DNA of 56,942 nt, counting the filler, from Platydemus manokwari (lineage: Eukaryota), in the NCBI GenBank assembly GCA_037951405.1. It is 6 parts of 6 records of this genome, joined end to end, with 100 filler letters (N's around TTAATTAATTAA, not from the genome) between each part and the next. Parts side by side here need not be neighbours in the genome. Positions count along the whole stretch, not along the records: positions 18,877 to 28,329 come from JBBMOY011247985.1; positions 28,430 to 37,741 come from JBBMOY011266986.1; positions 37,842 to 47,271 come from JBBMOY011250652.1; 3 more parts are not named here. One strand, 5' to 3'. Position numbers and translations under genes: made by a program. The notes under the pieces are model-generated. The model made no database searches. It saw only the letters and a list, made by a program, of their open reading frames with translations, and was not told the origin of the DNA. Shown in pieces: positions 26,692 through 39,470 of the stretch. Every line of letters starts with the position of its first letter. Positions within the stretch are counted from its first letter, which is position 1.

Positions 26692-27418
26692 TATATTTAA
26701 ATATCTGCCTATTATAAGATTATACAATCATGTTACATAATCTTTATACTTCAATTACAATATCCATTCAATTAAGATGTTATTTCATTAAATTTAGTCA
26801 ATGAAATGTCCAGAAATCATACAAACTTATTATAAAATTTAAATAAACGAAAATTCAAGTATTTACATTGGTCTATGCTAATCCATAAAAGTATTAAAAC
26901 AACACAGGTTTTTGGAAATGTTAAACAATTTTAATATTGAGCTTAACTAAAGCCTTCCTTTTGAATTTTAAATCACAAAATTAATTTTATAAAAGCTTAA
27001 TTTTGTTTAATTATTTTTAGATATTCAATAAAATGTTTGTACATATATAACTTATATTATTTTTAATATATAAAGAATTTTTTAATTGATTATTTTTTTA
27101 AATAATGATTAAGTTTATAGTTTCAATTTTTAAATATAATTTTTATTTAAAATAAACCAGTATTTTAATCTCTGCCTTTAACAAAAGGTTTGTATGAACA
27201 GTTCACAAAACTTATAATAATCGCTTAATATAAAGGTGGAATACTATGTTAATAAGTTTGAGCTTCATGATGATAATGTACTATTTTTAAGAATTAAGAG
27301 TATACCATATTATGCATAACATCATAATTATCTAAATTGTTTTATTTTAATTGTAATTAAACTAATTATTGATTTTAAATATTCAAATGTTTTATAATAT
27401 AACACTGCATGATTAATC

Positions 27419-28162
27419 ATGAGACACAATTTAAATAAATTCACAAATGCAGAAAAGATAAATAAAATTGATTTCATAAAAGGTCAAATCAAAAAGTCTT
27501 TGGAAAGAAGTACTTTTCATGGAGTTGACATTATTTTAGAAAGTACACCTGGGTGGAAAAGATTACTGAATTTTTCCTTTGTGGTATTAATGTTTGTTGG
27601 AGCAATAATTGGATCAATATATTTGTTGATAGGATTTTTAAATTTTCCATACAAAACACTTGTAAACTATGAGCAACGATCATTTCATTTTCCAGAAATG
27701 ACTCTTTGTCCCTTCAGTCCATTTAATGAAATGATATACACAATGTCTGGCATAGAAATTCAACAAAAGTGAAATATTATAAATTTATAGATTAATTAAT
27801 TAATTATTAGATATAATATCTTAGTCCAATTTTGGACAAGCAATGGTACAATTGACGAATATTTGATAATGCGAGAATTGAAAAGAAGTTTTACAAGTGT
27901 GTTTTATCAGTTTGCCAATGACTTAAGAAGTTATTGGTCTTCACTAATTCTAAGTTGTAATTATAACGGTCAAAATTGTTTGGCGAATATTTTTCCACTT
28001 GAACATCCTATGTTATATAATTGCTTTCAAATTTCTATTAATTTATCTGAATCTGAAGGTACAAGGTCTGGTTTTTCAAGAGGAATACAACTTGTTATGT
28101 ACAGAAATAGTACTTCAAAGCCTATGCTTATGATAAATGAATTTTTTGATAAAATATTTGCA
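27419..28162 (+). CDS. DEG/ENaC (ASIC/pickpocket-like) sodium channel subunit, first two exons; truncated by the scaffold end
   Basis: Exons 27419-27768 and 27811-28162. STFHG gating motif, TM1, FPEMTLC (FPAVTxC), LSCNYNGQNC, NCFQI and G..RGIQL. Confidence 0.88.
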
Positions 28163-28329
28163 GTAAGATTTCACATCTTTAAAATAAATTTACTTAATTT
28201 ATTTGTTATGATAATAAAATTATAGGATATATTAAATTATATTGATAAAATTTGAAACAGCATTTACTCACCAATCATTTCTTTATTTTATTATTATACA
28301 GATGTATTTTAATTGCTTTATTTATATTT

Positions 28330-28429
28330 NNNNNNNNNNNNNNNNNNNNNNNNNNNNNNNNNNNNNNNNNNNNTTAATTAATTAANNNNNNNNNNNNNNN
28401 NNNNNNNNNNNNNNNNNNNNNNNNNNNNN
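28330..28429. other. Artificial scaffold-joining spacer
   Basis: 44N-TTAATTAATTAA-44N. Confidence 0.98.
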
Positions 28430-28455
28430 TATTTTATTTTTACTTTTTATTTTTT

Positions 28456-29233
28456 TGTGAAAATCCGGCAGAGGATTAAAAACACGGAAAGATTAAAATA
28501 AATAAAGATTAAAATAAATAAATAATAAAGATAATTAATAATATAGGAACTGAAAGAAAAGGAAAATAATAATAATAAACAAAAAGAGTTTAGTAAATAA
28601 TAGTAATCAATAATAAAAAATAGTTAAATAACGAAAAAATAAGAACTTTTAACCGTGAGAACAGAGTACTTGAAAGCGCATAAAGCGTAACAACAAAAAC
28701 TTGTCAAAAGCATCGGCATGAAGAGCCGTATGCGTAGGTGTCATGATCAGGCAGTATAAATAACAACTGCTGATCGCGACAAACTACCACACCAATATAC
28801 CACATTGCACTGCAAAGGCGAACTATAGCAAAAGCGACAATAACTACTACTGATCGTGAAAAGAAAGAAACCAGTATCAGAAGCGCTATTTTAATCAAAA
28901 AATCGATTAACACAGAAGAAGGTAAACGCACAAGTAATCCGGTAGTTCGGAGTCAGCAAGAGAATTTAATATCAGCCTATCGTTTTAGGAAATTATCTGA
29001 CTAGGAGGAACACACCAGACTGATTTAATTGCGATAATTTGAGGATTGATTACAGAGCACAAGGAATTATTATTGAAATTAGTAAGCATTCTTTAATACA
29101 GTTTTAAGTTAACAACTCTCTTTATGATCATTCAATTCATTAATTTTATAATTAACTTTAAAATCAGTCCGTGTTTTTTTCTCCTCCATCCGATACCGGA
29201 TTCCTGTTAATCGCTGAGGCGAGGTACGGGACA
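28456..29233. mobile_element. Possible LTR or TIR element without coding capacity
   Basis: TG...CA ends, internal TATAAATA, higher GC than the flanks, and imperfect inverted subterminal motifs AATCCGG and AAAAACACGG..GATT. Confidence 0.35.
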
Positions 29234-29609
29234 TTTACTCATTTTTGTACCCACTAAAATCAGTTGTACTAACTAATTTAATTCAATAAAACTTTGATAA
29301 CCCATTGTGTTGTTGTTAGCTATAATACAACCGTGATTATCAACATTAATAATTTTCCGTTTTTATGTCCAGAGACTCAATTCGATCTCTGTGCTTCAAC
29401 TTAATATAATAAAATCAATTGCCGACATCTTGGTCTTTAATACCAGGTGTTGAAGCCCCCATAAGAACCAGTGTCTTTAGGTCAAAGCGTCTAATCATCA
29501 CTCAATTAATTATCTAATTATTTAATAACATATTACCAACAACCAAATCCCCAGACACCCATCATTTCATTCAATAAATTCGAGAATAAAATTACATAAA
29601 ATTGTAAAA

Positions 29610-30200
29610 TTCTTGATGTACACCAAATTGTTAGTTGGTTGAACTCGAGGAAGATTCTAAAATGAAAATGACGTTTAGCACTAGAACTAGGCAGTTCTGC
29701 TTTAACAGACTACCTTTTGGATTATGTATTGCACCAGCAACATTTCAGAGTCTAATGAATACAATATTCAAGGATTTGATTTACAAAAGCTTTCTTGTTT
29801 ATCTGGAGGATATTTTAGTGTATGGTAGAACAGTAGAGGAACACAATGAGAAACTCGAAAAGGTATTCAGGTTGATTAAATCATCAGGTTTGAAATACAA
29901 TCCCGAGAAATGCACTTTTGTCACTAGAAAATTGAATTTCTCGAGTCATATGAGTATAAAAACAAATGAAGACAAAGTGAAGAAGATTAAAGAAGCAATT
30001 AAACCTAGTTGCATCACTCAGTTGAGGTCGTTTCTAGGATTATGAAATTATTACAGAAGATTAATCAAGGTTCACGCATTAATTACGGCTCCGTTTAATG
30101 CGATGATGACTGAAAGCGACAAGAAATTGGAGTGGAGAACAGAGTGTGAGGAAAGTTTTGGAAACCTTAAGGAACAGTTATGTACAGCTCCAATTTTATA
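29610..30200 (+). mobile_element. Ty3/gypsy RT fragment
   Basis: FNRLPFGLCIAPATFQSLMN, LVYLEDILVYG and QLRSFLGL*NYYRR. Confidence 0.9.
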
Positions 30201-31159
30201 ATTTTCGAACATAACCAGAGATGATTTTAGAATTCCAAAAATAAAATCAAATGAATATGTTAGATTTTCAGAATTTATGCTCAATATTTTGTTTCGATTT
30301 TAAAGATTGAGATGTAAAATTAATAATTAATGGTTCTAGAGTATCAGTTGAAATCGAAAAATCATCAGATTTGAAATGCAAAGCTTGTTGTTCTATATTA
30401 AAAGAAAAATCTGTTGAAATATTGGTTAAACGTGGAAAGATGTTTTCAATACAAGACTGGAGTAATTTATTTAAGAATTTTTTTTTAAAAAAATGAATGA
30501 CCAAAATCTCTTAAAACTTATGATGAAGAAATTCCCAAACTTTAATTAATAACGATACCGAGTCTAAATCACAATTAAATGATAAAAAGATAAGAACTAT
30601 AGATAGAGAAATATCCCTGTTATCTATTAATCTCATAAGTTAGGTGGACTTGATTTGATTCCACGCTATACAAAGCACTGTTTGTGCTTTTAGGTTTTTA
30701 ACCAGCTTATATTTAGATAATTTGTTATTAATTATCACCACTTTATTATTAAAAAACGACTTGACCAATCTGATTCCATTAATAAGTGTATACAAGTATC
30801 TTTCATATTCAACCATAAAAGTAGTAATTTATAGCACAATTAGTCGTATAAAAGTAGTCATTTTTTATTTATAATTTTATAACAATAAAGTTTTATAAGC
30901 GTCAACGAGTTGGTTTTAAATTTAGTACGTGCCTTAAGCGTCATTTCATTATTTGTAAAGAATAGTTTCATTGCCAGGCAAATATTAACAATAAATATAA
31001 TTTAATTGCGCCTGATAAACCACGAAGCAATATCATTGAGTCATTTATCACGTCTCCATACGAGGAATGATACCATCAAGGTGAAGAAAGATCATAAACA
31101 ATAAGTTCATTGAATACATGATGTTATAAGAATATTCATTTTAATTCTAGACCTACCAA

Positions 31160-34100
31160 TCTAGATGGACAGGCTCCCATTGGAACAGATCAACACAATG
31201 GATAACATAATACATATATTAATTATAATAATTTTTCTCATTCAGATGATCGATACCAAAACCGGGAACCACACTCTACCTCCATTCGAAGAACGGAAGA
31301 ATATGCTCCGGAACATCTGCCTAACACCAGAAAACCTAACAATTATTCGGTCCCATCTGGTTTTGAGGAATACCCACATGACAGGCCATCACATTTATAT
31401 AATGATATTCCGTCCTTCAGACCAAATTATAATCAAAATGTGGACAACCATAATAACAGGACCGAAAATAGGGAACCATTACCATCTGGAAAACCGAATA
31501 ATTCATATAATTCATATAAATTACTTATTGATATTATAAACTTATATAATTCTAGGGAAAATCCTACCCAAATGGATTTGAATCGGCAAACAATTTCAGC
31601 AAAACCCAGAATCTCTCCACTAGTAACAACAATTCTTATAACGATAAATCCCCTAATTCTAGATCGGACTACCATAATATAAATTTCCAAAATTTTCAAA
31701 TTGACCATAGGCGTCATCCTATTGTTAGAAGAACCCAACCTGGCCTACCCAATGAAAGAGTTCAATCATATTCAGAAGTAACCAAGACTCCCCAACCCAC
31801 CGGCACTTCTCAAAAAACTGGATTACGTAATACATATATTAATAATCTTAACACAAATAATTCCTGACAAAACTACGGGGCTATTGAAAATACTAGGCCA
31901 AACCAGACTGCTTCTAAAGGAATAAATAACCAACCATATAATGACCAAAACGGTTTCAGAAAACCGAACCGTTATGCAAGACAACCACCACCTGACTCAC
32001 TCCCACCACAAACTCAGATACAATCCAATAACAGATATGAAGCACCCAGGACAGTCAATAACAATGCTCTCAATCATCCAAAACGAAGCAATTCAAATAA
32101 GACTCCTAATTTCCATAAATTTAATAACAAACCTAAAATTAAAAATTCTAGATCTACCCAGACTACTGATCCGACCGCTAATTCACCCAAGGATAGTCTC
32201 CTTACCGCATCACAGAGCATCCAGCTTAGGGGTCGACATGCGAATGACTGTGATCGCGAAAGCGAGCAGTCGGGACTATGCCAACACATCTTTTTAAATT
32301 TTATTTTATTTATTTTCTCACAAATTAATATTAATTCTTATAATGATTTTATTACATTATTAAATTTTAATAAAATATGCTTATCTAACTTTAATATATG
32401 TATTTCACCCGACTCCAATAATAATTTAACTAATAACGTATTTTTAAATATCATTTTAAATATTCTTTTAAAAATAAATATTGATAACTTAAATAAATTT
32501 CATAACTTATTACGTAACTACAAAATTAATATTTATAATTTTAAGAAAACCAATTATAAGTCAATTTATGGTAATAATAAAACTCTAATAAACCAGAACA
32601 ATGATATACCAGTTGATTTCTCCATACTATGTCACTGGGGATATATAGAAAATTTATCTTCATTCAAATTACATATTGACGAGCATAAGTCGACCCTAAA
32701 TTTACCTCCCCCACAGTCCTATGAAGATTTAGAACTTACGCCCCAAAACGTTAACAGGGACTGACTATCAAGTACAATAATAGAGGCATATATTAAATAT
32801 AAACTCCTTAACCCCTCTAAGATCATTTTTATTAAACCACAGCCCGCAGCTGCAATTCTAAATAAAGACTTTGAAACTTTTTACAACTCATTTCCATTTA
32901 ATTATCTCGCCTTCTGGGAAATAGGTTTTTGGCTGATTCACTGGAATCACCAACATTGGAATTTATATATAATCGATCTTAATAAATCAGCCTCTTTTTT
33001 TTATAGATACCGCTACTTTTCTCATTAATGACGCCCAAAAGCAAATGTGGCAAACTTTAGATAATTTATTTATTAACTTAAATGCAATAAGATCTAACAT
33101 CATAATTAATCATAGCCTAATACTTGATCTCCCCAAACAACTAAATAATACGGACTGTGGGCTTTTTGTAGTTCAACATATGTTAGATTATTCAGCTGAC
33201 TCATCAATATTCCACTCACCCGCACACCCAGATCTCCGGAATGATATTAATAAAACCATAAACTATTTAATTAAATTTAAAAACTCTAAATTAAATAATA
33301 ATATTACATCATCAAATAAAATACACCCTATTTTAGTTGACGCGATTAAATTATTAAAAAACGATAACCCAAACCTTACTGATATCTTAAATATGGCTTG
33401 CAATGCCTTAAAAGTAATTGACCAATCTCGCTTTAAGCCCAAACCATTAATTAAACCATCAGTAATTCATTTTTCTAGTCCTGAAACATCCGATTTTAAA
33501 CTAAGGCAAAATTTCAACTTATATCCAAAAAAGACAATAAGACAAATTTTGCCATCATGCACACCATTGTTATTGGCCACCATAGATAACATCGTTGCAC
33601 ATTTTAGTAAACCACCACCTCCGCCAATTCCTCATAGTTTTAGTCCAATTTTGCCAACGTTTCAGGATAATTCGAAACTGAAACCAATAACATTAGATGA
33701 GATTAACTTTGCTTATAAGGGACTATCAAATTCAGCACCGGGCAATGACGGCATTACATATAAAGATTGGGTTACTATTGACCCACACCATGCATATTTA
33801 TTAACACTTTTTAATAAAATTCTATTAACTAAAACTATCCCTAACCAATGGTCATCGTGTAAAACCACTTTATTAATTAAACCAGGAATAAACACGACTC
33901 CGCACATAGTTTCTTTACTCACCACGTAAACTCGGTGGTTTAGGTTTAACACCAGCGCTGCTGGAATATTGTATCCAATCTATAGTTTGTTGTTTCCGTT
34001 ACTTAACCAGCCTTGATAATCCTTTCAGAGATTTTATAATTAAACACTTATTATTTATAGTTAACAAAAGATTGGGCTCATCTCACCCAAACAATTTAGA

Positions 34101-35070
34101 TACCGCACTTTCCTGGTTAAGTGACAATATTTTGCCCATAAAAAATCCATCATCGACATGGTTCACTAAAATTAGATTTGCAATTAGGAAATTAAGAAAA
34201 TTTAAAATTAATATAAACTTTATTAATAATGATTCACAAATTAATATCACGATGACCACTGGTTATGATCAATCTTATTATTTCTCAGTTGATAATAAAC
34301 ATAGGCTTTCAGATATTCTCCATGACGCAGTCCAAATGCCATACTTTAATGAATGGAAATCCCTTAAAAAACAAGGTCGATTAGTCCACTGTTTTTCTTC
34401 TTCACATAGGTCTCAAAAACCTTTTAACAATTGTCACTTATCACCGGAGGTCTGGATATTCACACATTGGGCTAGAAATAATTTATTATTATTAAATTAT
34501 ACTCCTTACTTTATTAAACTTAATAAATCTATTTATTGTAGGAAATGTAATGTCGAACCCGAAACCGCGGTCCACATCTTTATTCATTGCTCCGTAGTCC
34601 AGGGGAAATCAAGCAAACGCCATGCAATAATACTTGACATTATAGGTAGATACCTTCAATCACTCGAGATCGACACCGACATCGACTCTACCCCAGTCGA
34701 GTTTAACACTAAGTTAAGACCCGATTTAATTATCAGAAATAATTCTAAAAAGCAAACTTTCATTATAGATTTAAAAATACCTTTTGACATGGATACTAAC
34801 TTTGAACTACATAGTTCCCTCAATTATGATAACAACAAATAGCCCTAACTAATAAACATCAGACAACACTTGATTTATTAAATGTAGGAGTATTTGACTC
34901 CTGGGACCCACATAATGACAAAGTTTTAAAATTAATTGGTCTTGATAACATTAGAATTAATTATCTGTCTTCCTTGATCATTTAAACACTTCTAAGAGAC
35001 GCTTACGCTACATATATTACCCATACAAAGGAAGACAGACCAAGACCAACACGAGCACTTACACAATAAA
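31160..35070 (+). mobile_element. NeSL/Utopia-type (R2 group) RLE non-LTR retrotransposon with Ulp1/SENP protease, copy 1; RT core deleted
   Basis: Asn/Pro-rich N-terminus; Ulp1 motifs D*LSSTIIEAY, HWNLYIIDL..IDT and QLNNTDCGLFV; RT0-1 motifs SAPGNDGITY and IPNQW..CKTTLLIKPG. It then jumps at about 33910 to KLGGLGL. C-terminal CRKC...ETAVHIFIHC, RH and RPDLII...IIDLKIPF (PD-(D/E)xK endonuclease). Confidence 0.9.
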
Positions 35071-35329
35071 TACATTCACCTAACTAATAATTTTAATTCA
35101 TCCTCCTATTTTCATATATATTTATTTATATTTTTTGACTATCATTTATTTCTAGATTATTCCACCATCTCCTGGACATTCGGCTAATCATTCTCATACT
35201 CATTTCCACTCACAATCAACAGGTTCATTTTGTATCATTCATAACCATCCAATTATTATCTTCCACATTATTATTTTCATCATATAATCCTCATTAATTA
35301 ATTCCAATACACTAACTAATCAGTTCACT

Positions 35330-35595
35330 AATTTCACCTCATTAATTTCATAAATCCATATCATTTCATTAATTTCATCTCATTAATTCATAAACTCATG
35401 CCATCAAATTGATTCATAAACTCATATCATTTCACTAATTCATAAACTCATATCATTTCAATAATTTCATCTCACTAATACCATTTCATTAATTACATCT
35501 AATTAATTCATAAACTCAAATAATCTAATTAATTCATAAACTCATACCATCTAATTAATTCATAAACTCATATTATCTAATTAATTCATAAACTA
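35330..35595. repeat. Tandem repeat with 26-bp period (13-bp sub-periodicity) downstream of the RLE element
   Basis: ATCTAATTAATTCATAAACT starts at 35497, 35523, 35549 and 35575, with more diverged units upstream. Confidence 0.85.
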
Positions 35596-36554
35596 AGTTT
35601 TTTCTTACCAATTAAAAGCTTCATCATTGTATTTTTGCTCATCATCACTTCGTCTAATAAGCATTTATTTCTGATAATTAATTATACTTAAACAAATATT
35701 ATACAGCTTTACCTCTTATTTTTTAATATTAATTCTTAAATAATTTAAATAACTTAAACAAATATTTATCTTACTTAATAATTTTTAACACGTTTTTTTT
35801 AGTAAATATCATTTTTAACAACAACCAGCTCATCTTTTTCCAATAAAATTTTATCAAATTAAGCATTCTCATATTTTATATAATATAATTTTTATATCTC
35901 CTATTTACTATTAAAGGAGCCTCTAGTGAATTTAATTAATATTTATATTAGGCTTTTTCACCTTCAATTTTTGTTTTAAATTTTTAATTAACTATTTACA
36001 TTAACAACATTAATTAATTTTTCTTAAAACTTTATTTTAACTTTAATTTTCACATTTCGGCATATAACCAGTTTCTTCTTATACATATTTTTTTTGTACT
36101 TTATTTTCTTAGCCTGCTGAAGTATGAAGCATCGTCTATCCCACATTACTATTTGAATTCGTCTACGAACGCCATCTTCTACGACTGTGCCCTGATAAAT
36201 CGGACTCCAATACCAATAATCAATTATTTCTGATCAACTCTACTATGAAACTCTCCTAATCTACTGCGACGAACTCTTGAAATTCTTCAAACCAATTCAA
36301 CAGAACTATATGGTCATTGACTACTCTTCAAAATAGACAAAAAAAGAAAAAATACAAAATACAAAAAATAAAATTGGGAAGTCAAACTGCTGATTCTCTC
36401 GGAAACAGATCCATGCCAATTCTGTCGCTAGATCCAAAAGGAAAACACAACATACAAAAACATTTTAGATTCAAATTGAAGTCGAGGTGAGGGTATATCC
36501 CACCGCCCTGTGAAGACCACCTGTATTTTAAATACATATTAGTTTTTTTTTCCT

Positions 36555-37741
36555 TTGATAATTAATTCCACCAAAATAACTTCGTTAGCTTATGCTGATG
36601 ATATAGTTTTATTAGCAAGTAATGGTGAAAATCTAGAAACGATGCTTAATCACACCTATCATCTCACTTCATCAATTAATCTAAAATTTAATGCCCAGAA
36701 ATGTGGCTATTATACTAATTTAATTCAAAATAGAATTGACTTACGCCTAGAAGACGAAATAATCCCAATTGTTGATAATAAAAATCTTTATAAATATCTA
36801 GGAGTCCCCTTTGGCTTACCTAAACGAACGCCCATTGATAATCTATTAAATAATACTCTAAATGAATTTGAATTAATAGCTAAATCTAGATTACACCCAT
36901 CCCAAATAATACAGGCCTATAATATCTTTTTTCACTCTAGACTGCCATTCCACTTTAGGATCCAACAAATTGAGACAACCCAATTAGACTCTAGAACCTT
37001 GATAAATAATAATGATATAAAATACCAATCATATGATAAGAGATTACGCACCATAATTAGAGAAATATTTAGAATGAATGGCTCAAAATCTACAAATATA
37101 CCTTTTTTCTACTCTCCGCGTAAATTAGGTGGTCTAGGCTTAACCCCATCATTAATTGAATACTGTATTCAAAGTATAGTTTGCGCTTTTAGATTTCTAA
37201 CAAGCCTAGACACAACTTTTAAAGATTTTATTTTACAACACTTATATTTTATAATCTCTAAACGTTTGGATAAGTCCCACCCAATTAATATAAATACTAT
37301 TTTATTATGGTTAAGTGATAATTTAAAATCATCTTATAACCCATCATCAACATGGTGGACTAAGTGTCGTTTCGCGATTAGAAAATTAATAAAACATAAT
37401 ATAAATATCAACTTTTTAATTAATGATAATGGAATAACTTTAAGTATAAATACTAATAATAATCAAACCTATTTATTTAACGTTGCGAATAGAAATAAAT
37501 TATCTGACATATTACATGACGCCATACAAATGAATTACTTTAATGAATGGAAAAAATTAAATAAACAAGGTAGATTAGTCCATTGTTTTTCAGCCTCAAT
37601 TAGATCCCAAAAGCCTTTAAATAACTGCCACCTATCACCGGAAGTATGGATATTTACCTACTGGGCCCGTAATAATCTTTTATTATTAAATTATTCACCA
37701 TACTTCCTAAAATTTAATAAATCAATAATCTGCCGTAGATG
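36555..37741 (+). mobile_element. Second copy of the same RLE non-LTR lineage, 5'-truncated, open frame running to the scaffold end
   Basis: LAYADDIVLL, YKYLGV and KLGGLGL. The linker aligns with copy 1 (KQGRLVHCFS...NNCHLSPEVWIFT.WARNNLLLLNY). Confidence 0.92.
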
Positions 37742-37841
37742 NNNNNNNNNNNNNNNNNNNNNNNNNNNNNNNNNNNNNNNNNNNNTTAATTAATTAANNN
37801 NNNNNNNNNNNNNNNNNNNNNNNNNNNNNNNNNNNNNNNNN
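37742..37841. other. Artificial scaffold-joining spacer
   Basis: 44N-TTAATTAATTAA-44N. Confidence 0.98.
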
Positions 37842-37917
37842 AAAATATTTTCTTATGAGTTATGCTTCTTCAAATATGTGCATGAAAATCGGACATTTCA
37901 TATGGGACAACCTAATA
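37842..37917. mobile_element. Terminal inverted repeat of a mariner element at the scaffold edge
   Basis: Reverse complement TATTAGGTTGTCCCATATGAAATGTCCG matches the mariner TA+TTAGGTTG terminus pattern. The partner TIR is not in the window. Confidence 0.55.
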
Positions 37918-39470
37918 TCATATGTTATTTTATTAAAATCGCAGGCAAGTAGTTTTTTGAATTCGTGATATCAAATAACTGTCGGGATTTAATTGGGTGG
38001 AACACTCAAAGAAGATTAATCGAAATTTTGACAGATTAAAAATGACTTTCGACAAATTTTTCCTGTCAAAATTGAATTTCATTGAATTATTATTTTATCA
38101 ACATAGAGTTGCATCAAAATATCGTTTCATTTCTAAAAAGTTCCTTCCTGAAAAGTCAATTGGATTATAATCAGTTCATTGATGATGTTCTCAATCATTA
38201 ACATTTTTAAGAATACTTAAAATATTTTTATATAAAAGAATTTTCATGGGAAAATAATGAATACTGGGATTTCTTCATTTAAGGAAAATATGGTACAAAT
38301 TCAAAAAAAATATAGAAACCACGTTGAATAATTTTTTACTTTAAATTCCTGATAATTTTCTTAGAGCATTTATCTTTGTTTTTAAAGATTTCAAATGAAA
38401 AAGTTGGTTCAATTCACGGTAATTTGGAAAAATAAAATGACGGTCAAAAATTTTAAGAAAAATTCTAATAAACACGTTCATAAATGCGATTAATTATTAA
38501 TTCATTATATAAACAATGAAAAATTAACCATATATAAAACGGATATGCAATTATACCGTGTCAAGTACGTCGGTTTAACAATAACTTGTGATTGTTCCAT
38601 TATTAATGAACATCATAAATATAATCAATCGATTTTCACGAAGATTCAGTCGAAATATTGATTTATTGAAAATGAATACTTTTCCATATACTATTACGAA
38701 CAAGACTGATGACATCGTATGGCAGTATATCGTCATAACCTTATAATAATTATTGAATATCGAAATTGGTTTAATTCTGTTGAATACAAGCTCAAAATTG
38801 TATTGCAAATAACGTGTTAATATTTACATGATCATTTTAAATAGAAAATGTCTTTATATCACAAATAGGAATAATTAATTCAATTTATTTGAATATTCCG
38901 GTCATATATACTTTTGTAGTTTGAAGTTCTTAAGTCGTATTTTTTGAAATAATCAGAAACGTTTAATAAAATGGATATATATACTTCTGTGTGTGTCTTA
39001 ATTCCTAAAAGCGGAATGAATCTAAAAATATCACTAAAAGCTGCGTATAAATAATACTGAAATAAATGAAATACCTTGATGGCAATTTAAAGAAATATTA
39101 GTGCAAAAGCAACTTAAAAAAATAAATTATTAAATTCAGATTATAAATCGTCTAGAAATACAGCTGGTCTTTCTGCAATGGACAATATTAATATACTTAT
39201 AGTATTTTCAGTGATTATCTGGAGAAATAGCGTTTGAGCGTTTTATTAAATTGAGCAATATAATTTTCAGATAAATTGATATAAAATATTACCATGATAA
39301 AGGGTAATGATAACATAGTTCGAATGAATATGCTGAAGATTCATGATTTCATTAGTACAGAATTATAAATATTCAGAACATTTAATTTTAATAAGCTAAT
39401 CAAAACATATACAAAATTCTGACAATCAGTGTATTAAAGTTCATGATTATAATAAATTATNNNNNNNNNN

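Noticed and set aside
31165-32297. Listed ORFs at 31165-31539, 31433-31738 and 31941-32297 as separate genes
   Set aside because: They are alternative-frame shadows of the frameshifted Asn/Pro-rich N-terminus of the RLE retrotransposon.
35330-35595. CRISPR-like array
   Set aside because: The units are contiguous with no unique spacers, there are no cas genes, and the context is eukaryotic.
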